Positions 52,473 to 61,775 of a stretch of 64,000 nucleotides of DNA are shown in pieces. Numbering within the stretch: the stretch's first letter is position 1; the number at the start of each line of letters is the position of its first letter. The position numbers were made by a program, and so were the translations under genes. The notes under the pieces were generated by a model, which was given only the letters and a program-made list of their open reading frames with translations, ran no database searches and was not told the origin of the DNA. Source of the DNA: an uncultured Actinomycetes bacterium (GTDB lineage Bacteria; Actinomycetota; Thermoleophilia; UBA2241); contig CAVWIH010000031.1 in the NCBI GenBank assembly GCA_963755025.1, forward strand, positions 1 to 64,000. Reading direction: 5' to 3'.

Positions 52473-53963
52473 TCAGGCTCCGGCGAAGATCACGGCCTTG
52501 AGCTCGGTGAACTCCTCGATGCCGACGTCGCCGATCTCGCGGCCTATGCCGCTCTGCTTGTAGCCGCCCCAAGGCAGGCCCAGCGGGGCGCAGGCCCAGG
52601 TGTTGTTAACGAAGATCGTGCCGGCGCGCACCGCCCTGACGTAGCGCTTGGCCTTGGCCGTGTCGGCCGTCCAGACGCCAGCGGTCAGCCCGAAGACGGT
52701 GTCGTTGGCGATGCTGATGGCCTCGTCTTCTGTGTCGAAGGGGATGACCACGAGCACGGGCCCGAAGATCTCCTCCTGGGCGATGCGCATCTTGTTGTCG
52801 ACGCCCGTGAAGACGGTGGGCTGGTAGAAGAAGCCCCTGCCTTCGAGGCGCTGCCCGCCGCAGGCCAGGGTGGCGCCCTCGTCGCGGCCGATGGCCACGT
52901 AGCGCTCCACGGTGTCGAGCTGTTCGCGGCTCGAGAGCGGGCCGAGCTCGGAGTCGGGGTCGAGGCCGGGGCCTATGCGCAGGGCCTCGACGCGCTTCAC
53001 CAGAGCGGCCACGAAGCTGTCGTGGATGCTGCGCTCGACGAGCAGCCGCGAACCGGCGCAGCAGGCCTGGCCGCAGTTGCCGAAGGCGCTGAACACGACG
53101 CCGTCGAGCGCCGCCTCGAGGTCGGCGTCGGCGAAGACAGTGTTGGGGGCCTTGCCGCCGAGCTCGAGGCCGACCTTCTTCACCGTCTTGGCCGCCTGGG
53201 TCATGATGTGGCGGCCCACCTCGACGCTGCCGGTCAGGGTGACCATGTCGACGAGCGGCGAGCTCACGAGGTAGTCGCCCACGCTGCGCCCCGGGCCGAT
53301 GACGACCTGGAAGACACCCTTGGGCAAGCCCACCTCGTCGAAGATGCGGGCCATGCCGAGCGCCGTGAGCGGCGAGATGCTGGCCGGCTTGATGATGACG
53401 ACGTTGCCGGCCGCCAGAGCCGAGGCGAACTTGAACGAGGCCAGCACCAGCGGGAAGTTCCAGGGACAGACGCCCACCACGACGCCCACGGGCTCGCGCA
53501 CGAGGGCGGTGGGCTCGGTGATCGGCTGGTCGGCGAGATAGCGCTCGGCGAGCTCGCCGGCGTAGTCGAGCAGGTCGGCGACGCGACTGATGTCGCCCTG
53601 ACCATCGGCGAAGAGCTTGCCCATCTCGAGGCTCTCCCAGCGCGCCATCTCGTCGACGCGCTCGCGCACCAGCACGGCGGCGGCGCGCAGCACGGCGGCG
53701 CGCCCGGCGGCCGGCGTCTGCGGCCAGGGGCCTTCGTCGAAGGCGCGCCGCGCCGCCAGCACGGCGGCCTCGGCGTCTTCGACGGTGCCGTTGGCGACGC
53801 GCGCGATGACCTCTTCGGTGGCCGGGTCGACGATGTCGAGCAAGCCGCCGTCGTGGGCGTCGCTCCAGGCGCCGTCGATGTACATCTGATAGTCGCCCAG
53901 GGTGGTCGTGGCTACGCCCGGGTCGGCCGCGGCGACCTTCTGCCCGTCAGCTTCGTTACCCAT
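52473..53963 (-). CDS. Aldehyde dehydrogenase
   Basis: PWNFP, TGS, LELGGK, GQACCAGS, EEIFGPV, WGGYKQSG. Confidence 0.95.
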   Translation of the reverse strand: MGNEADGQKVAAADPGVATTTLGDYQMYIDGAWSDAHDGGLLDIVDPATEEVIARVANGTVEDAEAAVLAARRAFDEGPWPQTPAAGRAAVLRAAAVLVRERVDEMARWESLEMGKLFADGQGDISRVADLLDYAGELAERYLADQPITEPTALVREPVGVVVGVCPWNFPLVLASFKFASALAAGNVVIIKPASISPLTALGMARIFDEVGLPKGVFQVVIGPGRSVGDYLVSSPLVDMVTLTGSVEVGRHIMTQAAKTVKKVGLELGGKAPNTVFADADLEAALDGVVFSAFGNCGQACCAGSRLLVERSIHDSFVAALVKRVEALRIGPGLDPDSELGPLSSREQLDTVERYVAIGRDEGATLACGGQRLEGRGFFYQPTVFTGVDNKMRIAQEEIFGPVLVVIPFDTEDEAISIANDTVFGLTAGVWTADTAKAKRYVRAVRAGTIFVNNTWACAPLGLPWGGYKQSGIGREIGDVGIEEFTELKAVIFAGA

Positions 53964-54020
53964 GATCACTCTCCGTTCGGTCTCTCGGTGGCTGCGGTCG
54001 GCGGACGCTTGCCCTGCGAC

Positions 54021-55187
54021 TCACTGCAAGGTGGCCGGCGTTGCGGCGCCGCTCGGAGCGGCGCTCGCCACGCCGGCGGGGACGGTCTGGCGCGGCGGCC
54101 CGGTCGAGCCCCGCGCGACGAGGTCGACCGGCACGCGCTGGCCGCGCGGACCGACGGCCGCGTCGTCGGCCTTGAGCAGCCGCCAGGCGGCCTGGCCGAG
54201 CTCGCGGGCGGGCACGTGGATGGTGGTGAGCGGCGGGTCGCTGTGCGCCGACATGACGACGTCGTCGAAGCCCACCACGCTGACGTCGCGCGGTATGAGC
54301 AGGCCGTGCTCGCGCAGCGCCGACATGGCGCCGAAGGCGACTTCGTCGGTGGCGGCGAAGACGGCCGTGAAGGGCGCTCCGCCGGCGACCAGGCGGCCGA
54401 TCGCCTGCGCGCCGCCCTCGAGCGTGAGCGGCGTCTGCACGACGAGCCGCTCGTCGAGCGGCTCGCCGACGCGCATGAGCGCGGCGCTGTAACCGCTGTA
54501 GCGGTCCTGCACCGTGGTCGAGTTGAGGGGCCCGCCCAAAAAGGCGATCTGGCGGTGCCCGAGCGCCGTCAAGTGCTCGACCGCGCACGCGGCCGCAGCC
54601 ACGTCGTCGACCGCCACGTGCGGTATGTCGAGCTCGTAACGGCCTACGGCGACCACCGGCACGCCCTGCTCGCACAGGCGCTGCACGGCGAGGGCTACCG
54701 GCAGGGTGGCGGCCGGGTCGCGCAGCTGGCCGCCGATCAGCACCACGCCGGTCGGCTTTTGGCTGAGCAGCATGGTGAGGTAGCCCTCGAGCTTGTCGGC
54801 GTCGCGGTCGTCGTTGCCGACCAGCACGACGAGCCCCTCGGCGACGGCGGCGTCCTGCAGGCCGCGCACGACCACGCTGAAGAAGGGGTCGGCGATGTCG
54901 TGCACGATCGCCCCGACGATCTCGCTGCGGCCCGTGACGAGGGCGCGGGCGGCTGAGTTGGTGACGTAGTTGAGGGCGCTCGCGGCCTCTTCGACCCGGC
55001 TGCGAGCGCGGTCGCTCACCGGGTAGGTCGAGCCCGACAGCACGCGCGACGCGGTGCCCGCGGAGACCCCGGCGAGGCGCGCGACGTCGCGGATGGACAC
55101 GCCGTGCTGGCGGCCCGCGCCCTTGCGCGCCGGCGCCGGACGCTGCGCGTCGGGGCTGCCGTCGCCGGGCTTGTCGCGCGCCGTCAT
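54021..55187 (-). CDS. LacI family transcriptional regulator
   Basis: SIRDVARLAGVSAGTASRVL, hinge AARAL, VSVVGFDD, PPLTTI. Confidence 0.95.
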   Translation of the reverse strand: MTARDKPGDGSPDAQRPAPARKGAGRQHGVSIRDVARLAGVSAGTASRVLSGSTYPVSDRARSRVEEAASALNYVTNSAARALVTGRSEIVGAIVHDIADPFFSVVVRGLQDAAVAEGLVVLVGNDDRDADKLEGYLTMLLSQKPTGVVLIGGQLRDPAATLPVALAVQRLCEQGVPVVAVGRYELDIPHVAVDDVAAAACAVEHLTALGHRQIAFLGGPLNSTTVQDRYSGYSAALMRVGEPLDERLVVQTPLTLEGGAQAIGRLVAGGAPFTAVFAATDEVAFGAMSALREHGLLIPRDVSVVGFDDVVMSAHSDPPLTTIHVPARELGQAAWRLLKADDAAVGPRGQRVPVDLVARGSTGPPRQTVPAGVASAAPSGAATPATLQ

Positions 55188-55197
55188 GACGCCCTCG

Positions 55198-56298
55198 TCA
55201 TCGCTGCACCCGGGCCGACGCGCCGCGCACGAGCGCCTCGACTTCGGCGAGCGTGGCCATGGAGGTGTCGCCGGGCGTGGTCATGGCGAGGGCGCCGTGA
55301 GCGGCCCCGTATTCGAGGGCCTGCTGCAGGTCGTGACCCGAGAGCAAGCCGTAGATGAGGCCCGAGGCGAAGGAGTCGCCGCCGCCCACGCGGTCGAGGA
55401 TCTCGAGGCCGGGACGCGCCACCGAGCGGTACAGGACACCGTCGTGCCAGCAGACCGCGCTCCAGTCGTTGCGGCTCGCCGACAGCACGGCGCGCAAGGT
55501 CGTGCCCACCACGCGGATGTTGGGATAGGCGGCCGCCACCTGGGCCATCATGGCGCCGAAGCGCTCGGGGTCGAGTACCGACAGGTTGTGGTCGACGCCC
55601 GCCACCTCGAAGCCCAGGGCCGCGCTGAAATCCTCTTCGTTGCCGAGCATGACGTCGACCAGCGGCGCGACGGCGCGATTGACCTCGCGAGCGCGTTCCT
55701 GACCGCCGATCGCCCGCCAGAGCGAAGGCCGGTAGTTCAAGTCGTAGGAGATGATGGTGCCGTGGCGCCGGGCCGCGGTCATGGCTTCGGTGACGACGTC
55801 GGCGGTGCCCTCGCCGAGGGCCGCGAAGATGCCGCCGCAGTGGAACCAGCGCGCCCCCTCGGCGCCGAAGACGGCGTCCCAGTCGATATCGCCGGGGCGC
55901 AGCTGCGAGACGGCCGTATGGCCGCGGTCGGAGCAGCCCACCGCGCCCCGCACGCCGAAGCCGCGCTCGGTGAAGTTGAGGCCGTTGCGCACGGCCCGGC
56001 CGACGCCGTCGTAGGGCGCCCAGCGCAGGTGGCTCTGGTCGACCCCGCCGCGCAGGATGAGCTCTTCGATCAGGCGACCGACGGGGTTGTCGGCGAGCGC
56101 GCTCACCACGGCGGTGCGCAGGCCGAAGCAGCGCCGCAGGCCGCGCGCCACGTTGTATTCGCCGCCGCCCTCGCAGACGCCGAAGGAGCGGGTGGTCGCG
56201 ACGCGGCCCTCGCCGGGGTCGAGGCGCAGCATGACCTCGCCCAGGGCCACGAGGTCCCAGCGGCATTGGGCGGTATCGCGCAGTTCGAGGATGCTCAT
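55198..56298 (-). CDS. kdgK: 2-keto-3-deoxygluconate kinase (PfkB family)
   Basis: LGEVMLRLDP, GGGEYNVA, YDLNYRPSLW, GNEED, DRVGGGDSF. Confidence 0.85.
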   Translation of the reverse strand: MSILELRDTAQCRWDLVALGEVMLRLDPGEGRVATTRSFGVCEGGGEYNVARGLRRCFGLRTAVVSALADNPVGRLIEELILRGGVDQSHLRWAPYDGVGRAVRNGLNFTERGFGVRGAVGCSDRGHTAVSQLRPGDIDWDAVFGAEGARWFHCGGIFAALGEGTADVVTEAMTAARRHGTIISYDLNYRPSLWRAIGGQERAREVNRAVAPLVDVMLGNEEDFSAALGFEVAGVDHNLSVLDPERFGAMMAQVAAAYPNIRVVGTTLRAVLSASRNDWSAVCWHDGVLYRSVARPGLEILDRVGGGDSFASGLIYGLLSGHDLQQALEYGAAHGALAMTTPGDTSMATLAEVEALVRGASARVQR

Positions 56299-56311
56299 GG
56301 TCGTCCTTTCG

Positions 56312-57019
56312 TCACGCGACGGTCGGCCGGGCGGCGCAGGCGATCTCGCGCGCCTGCACGGCGAGCCTGCGGATGGTGTCGAACTCGCCCGCGGCGATCA
56401 GCGCCTTCTTGACCATCCAGCTGCCGCCGCAGGCGATGACCTGCTTGACGGCGAGGTACGCGGCCAGGTTGTCGGGAGAGATGCCGCCCGTGGGCACGAA
56501 GCGCACGCCGCCGAAGGGCGCGGCCAGCGCCTTGAGGTAAGCCACTCCGCCGGCCGCTTCGGCCGGGAACAGCTTGAGCACCGAGAGGCCGCGGTTGATG
56601 GCCATGCCGACCTCGGTCGGCGTGCAGACGCCGGGCACGATCGGCACGTCGTGGGCGAGGGCGAAGTCGACCACCGCCGGGTCGAAGCCGGGCGCCACCA
56701 GGAAGCTGGCGCCGGCGGCTAGCGCGGCCTCGGCCTGCGCGAGGGTCACGATGGTGCCGGCGCCCACGCGGATGTCGGGCACGGCGGCGGCGATCGCCGC
56801 GATGGCGCCGGCCGCCGAGGCGGTGCGAAAGGTGATCTCGGCGCAGGGCAGGCCCGCGTCGACCAGGGCGCGGGCGAGCGGCACGGCGTCGTCGACGGCC
56901 GGGATCTCGACCACGGGGATGACGCGCAGGGCGGCGATGAACTGCTCGAAGGCAAGGTCGGCGACGCCGCCTGCCGGCACGCCCTGAGCGACCTGCGCCG
57001 CGCTGCTGTCTGTGGTCAT
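56312..57019 (-). CDS. eda: KDPG/KHG aldolase
   Basis: EITFRT, VGAGT, PGVCTPTE, KLFPAE, FVPTGG, GGSW. Confidence 0.92.
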   Translation of the reverse strand: MTTDSSAAQVAQGVPAGGVADLAFEQFIAALRVIPVVEIPAVDDAVPLARALVDAGLPCAEITFRTASAAGAIAAIAAAVPDIRVGAGTIVTLAQAEAALAAGASFLVAPGFDPAVVDFALAHDVPIVPGVCTPTEVGMAINRGLSVLKLFPAEAAGGVAYLKALAAPFGGVRFVPTGGISPDNLAAYLAVKQVIACGGSWMVKKALIAAGEFDTIRRLAVQAREIACAARPTVA

Positions 57020-57076
57020 GAAGAGCCTCCCTGCGACCTGATTGTCCGGGCAAGTCCAGCATAGTGCGCGACGAAA

Positions 57077-57091
57077 AGCAAACGGTTTATA
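57077..57091 (-). promoter_or_regulatory. LacI-type operator upstream of eda
   Basis: GCAAACGGTTTAT pseudo-palindrome similar to the 51580/51600 sites. Confidence 0.6.
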
Positions 57092-57267
57092 TGCGGTCCA
57101 CCGACAAATCACGGTTGTTGCAGGCCTCACGCGGAGCAGCGCCGTCGTCCACGGCGCCGCGCGCGGCCGATGGCGGGCCGCCGCGGTTGAGGGAGGCGGC
57201 CACCGGCAATGATGGAGCGGCAAGGGCCGCCGGTCACGGCGCGGTCCACGAGCCTTGGGAGGACACC

Positions 57268-57591
57268 ATGAGCGACGAGCACCTGCCCGGCGTCTACCTG
57301 CGCTTTCGCAGCGGTTACCCGGCCGTCGCCGCGGCGCTCGACGACCTGGGTGAGGCGGTCGACAAGGCCGGCCCCCTCGACGAGCGCACGGCGCGCCTCG
57401 TGAAGCTCGGCCTGGCGATCGGCGGAGCGGCCGAGGGCTCGGTACGTTCCAACGCCCGCAAGGCGCTGGCCGCCGGCGCCACACCCGAGGAGCTGCGCCA
57501 CGTCGCCCTGCTCGCGGTCACCACGTGCGGTTTTCCGGCCGCGATCGCCGGCGTCGGCTGGATCGACGAGGTGCTCGCCGCTGGCCGCTGA
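57268..57591 (+). CDS. Carboxymuconolactone decarboxylase (CMD/AhpD-like) family protein
   Basis: GPLDERTARLVKLGLAIG, GATPEEL, TTCGFP. SD GGAGG. Confidence 0.85.
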   Translation: MSDEHLPGVYLRFRSGYPAVAAALDDLGEAVDKAGPLDERTARLVKLGLAIGGAAEGSVRSNARKALAAGATPEELRHVALLAVTTCGFPAAIAGVGWIDEVLAAGR

Positions 57592-57741
57592 CCGCCCTCC
57601 TTCGCCGGCCCGGCGCGCGCCGCGCATTTGCGCGGACTTGGGCTTCCGCCGGTAGTAAGATTCGGGGGCAAGCAGGAGCAGGACAACGCCTTGAGAGTCC
57701 GCCGTCGGGCGGACCACCGACGAGCGAGAAAGGCCGCCGCC

Positions 57742-59814
57742 ATAGACCCCACCGATTTCCACGCCCCCGATGCCGGCCGGGTAGTCACCTGTCCCGAAGG
57801 CTACGCGGCCTTCGTGCCCGCCCCTCTTCCCCCTCGCGTCACCTACAGCGCCGACCTCGTGCTGGCGCTCTCGCGCGCCGACGCCGCCCTGGGCGAGCTC
57901 TCGGGCGTCGCCGGCGAGCTGCCCGACCCCCAGTTGCTCGACGCGCCGTTCAAGCGCCAGGAGGCGCTCTGCTCGTCGCGCATCGAAGGCGCCCAGGTGA
58001 GCCTGTCCGACCTCTTGCTCGACCAGGTCGGCGCCGCTCCCGCGAGCGTGCCGCGCGACCACCTGCGCGAGGTGCGCAGCTGCATCGCCACGCTGCGCTA
58101 CGGCGTCGAGAGGCTGGCCGCGACGCCCCTCTCGCTCGGCGTCGTGCGCGAGCTCCACGAGAACCTGCTGCGCGGCGAGATCGGCGGCACGCGCACGCCC
58201 GGCGAGTTTCGCACCTCGCAGAGCTGGGTCGGACCGCCCGGAGCGACGCTCGCCACCGCGACCTACGTCGCCCCGCCGGTGCCCGACATGCTCGAGGCCC
58301 TCGAAGCCTGGGACGCCTTTCTGCACGAGCGCGGCGCCCTGCCCGACCTTGTGCAGTGCGCCATGCTGCACGCGCAGTTCGAGACCATCCATCCGTTCGT
58401 CGGCGGCAACGGCCGCCTCGGACGGCTGCTGATCACGCTGTTCCTCATCGACCGCCAGCGCCTCACGCGCCCGCTGCTCTACCTGTCGGCCTACTTCGAG
58501 GCGCACCGCGACGAGTACTACCGCCGGCTCCAGAGGGTGCGCACGCACGGCGAGTGGGAGCCCTGGCTGCTGTTCTTCCTGGCGGGCGTGCGCCAGACCG
58601 CCGAGCGCGGCGCGCGCCAGGCGCGCGCCCTGGTCGCGCTCCACCGCCAGTTCCGCGGCCAGGTCAAAGGCACCGCGCTCGCCCTGGCCGACGAGGCCTT
58701 CCGCACGCCCTGCCTCACGGTGCCGCAGGCCCAGCGCACGCTGTCGGTCAGCACCTCAGCCGCGCGCCGCGTGGTGCGCGAGCTGCAAGGCGCCGGGCTG
58801 CTCGAGGACTACGCCGAGAAGCGCCTGCCGCGCGTCTATCTGGCGCGCCCCATCCTCGACGCCGTGCTGCGCCCGCTCGAAGACCTGCGCTCGCCGGCGC
58901 CGGGCGGCGAAGCCGGCGGCGGCGACGCGGGCGCAGTCCTCAAGTCGGTGCCGGGCCAGCGCACGGGCCCCGTCAGGCGCGCCGACAAGGTCATGGCCGA
59001 AGCCATGGCGATCATCGACGCCGCGCGCGAGCAGGGCGTCCAGTTGCGGCTCACCGGCGGCCTCGCGGTGCGCCGCTACTGCATGGACCTCGAGTTCATG
59101 GACCGCGAGTACTCCGACATCGACGTGGTCGGCCTGAGCTCGCAGTTCAAAGACCTGCACCCCGTCTTCGCCGGGCTCGGCTACGCCGAGAACCGCTACG
59201 TCACGCAGGCCACCGACGCCGAACAGCTGCAGTACGTCAAGGCCGAGACGCTGGTCGCGCCCTCGAGCCAGTCCGACGGCGCGCACCACGAGGCGCCGAT
59301 CGTCGACCACGTCGACATCTTCCTCGACATCATGCGCATGGACCACGACGTCGAGATCCGCGACCGTCTCGACATCGACGACTACGCCATCTCGCCGGTC
59401 GACGCGCTGATCGCCAAGCTGCAGATCGGCAAGATCAACCAGAAAGACGTGCACGACGTCATCGCCCTGCTCAAAGACGTGCCGATCTACGACGCCGACG
59501 GCGGGGCCACGATCGACGTCGCCTACCTCGCCGATACTTGTGCGGGCGACTGGGGCCTCTATCACGACATCACCACCAACCTCGACGTCGTGCTCGCCAT
59601 GGTCGACGACTACGGCCTCTCCACAGCCGATCTCGAACGCGTCTGCGAACGCCTGGCGGCGATCAAGGAGTCGGTCGAAGACGAAGCCAAGCCGATCAGC
59701 TGGCGCCTGCGCGCCCGCGTCGGCGAGCGCGTCGCCTGGCGTCGCGAGGTCGAAGACACCGAAGGCACCCAGCTGATCGCCCCCGAATGGGACTGGCGGC
59801 GCGACCTCGGCTGA
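57742..59814 (+). CDS. Fic domain (with SxxxEG helix and wHTH) fused to a nucleotidyltransferase-fold domain
   Basis: SSRIEG, PGEFR, HPFVGGNGRLGR, then LRLTGGLAV...YSDIDV. Start uncertain (in-frame ATA after an SD-like AAAGG, or upstream TTG). Confidence 0.85.
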   Translation: MDPTDFHAPDAGRVVTCPEGYAAFVPAPLPPRVTYSADLVLALSRADAALGELSGVAGELPDPQLLDAPFKRQEALCSSRIEGAQVSLSDLLLDQVGAAPASVPRDHLREVRSCIATLRYGVERLAATPLSLGVVRELHENLLRGEIGGTRTPGEFRTSQSWVGPPGATLATATYVAPPVPDMLEALEAWDAFLHERGALPDLVQCAMLHAQFETIHPFVGGNGRLGRLLITLFLIDRQRLTRPLLYLSAYFEAHRDEYYRRLQRVRTHGEWEPWLLFFLAGVRQTAERGARQARALVALHRQFRGQVKGTALALADEAFRTPCLTVPQAQRTLSVSTSAARRVVRELQGAGLLEDYAEKRLPRVYLARPILDAVLRPLEDLRSPAPGGEAGGGDAGAVLKSVPGQRTGPVRRADKVMAEAMAIIDAAREQGVQLRLTGGLAVRRYCMDLEFMDREYSDIDVVGLSSQFKDLHPVFAGLGYAENRYVTQATDAEQLQYVKAETLVAPSSQSDGAHHEAPIVDHVDIFLDIMRMDHDVEIRDRLDIDDYAISPVDALIAKLQIGKINQKDVHDVIALLKDVPIYDADGGATIDVAYLADTCAGDWGLYHDITTNLDVVLAMVDDYGLSTADLERVCERLAAIKESVEDEAKPISWRLRARVGERVAWRREVEDTEGTQLIAPEWDWRRDLG

Positions 59815-59854
59815 AACGCAGGGCCACTCATCATCCACGACACGGGAGCACGGC

Positions 59855-60199
59855 ATGATCGGTCACATCGACGAGGTCGCGGGAAAGCCGCTCAGCGGCG
59901 AGGGCATCGATCAGGTCGTCAAGCGCCTGCTGGTGGGCCCGAACGAGGGCTGGCAGGGCTGGGCCATGCGCCAGTTCGAGCTCGCTCCGGGCGGCCACAC
60001 GCCGCGCCACCGCCACGACTGGCCGCACATCAACTTCGTCACGCAGGGCGGCGGCACGCTGTACGTCGACGGGGTCGACACCGCCGTCACCGCCGGTTCG
60101 TTCGCCTACGTGCCGGGCGGCGCGGAGCACCAGTTCAGCAATACGAGCGACGAGCCGTTCGCGTTTCTGTGCATCGTGCCCGAAGAGGGCGAGCGCTGA
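59855..60199 (+). CDS. Cupin domain protein
   Basis: GGHTPRHRHDWPH...EHQF. Confidence 0.88.
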   Translation: MIGHIDEVAGKPLSGEGIDQVVKRLLVGPNEGWQGWAMRQFELAPGGHTPRHRHDWPHINFVTQGGGTLYVDGVDTAVTAGSFAYVPGGAEHQFSNTSDEPFAFLCIVPEEGER

Positions 60200-60327
60200 C
60201 CGGTCCGGCCGCCTGAGAGCGCCGCAGCCGCGTCGCCGCGAAACGCCTTGCGCTACGCTTAAGCCGCGTGGGCGGCGCGGACCGTGCCCAAACGCCTACC
60301 GGCCGCGCGTCGGGGCCGCGCTCGTTC

Positions 60328-61596
<1,269 letters not shown>

Positions 61597-61775
61597 GCGA
61601 GCGCCTCCTGATAGCCGTGTGCGCAGGACCGGCCGCCGCCCGCAGGCGCGCCGCCGCACATCTTACCAGAGGGCGCCTGCGGCGCCGGCCGGCGCCGGCC
61701 CCGCCGGGACCGGCCGCGGGCGCGAGGCGTCTGGAGCGGCTACGCCGCCGGCGCGTTGCTCCCGAAGCGACGCCC

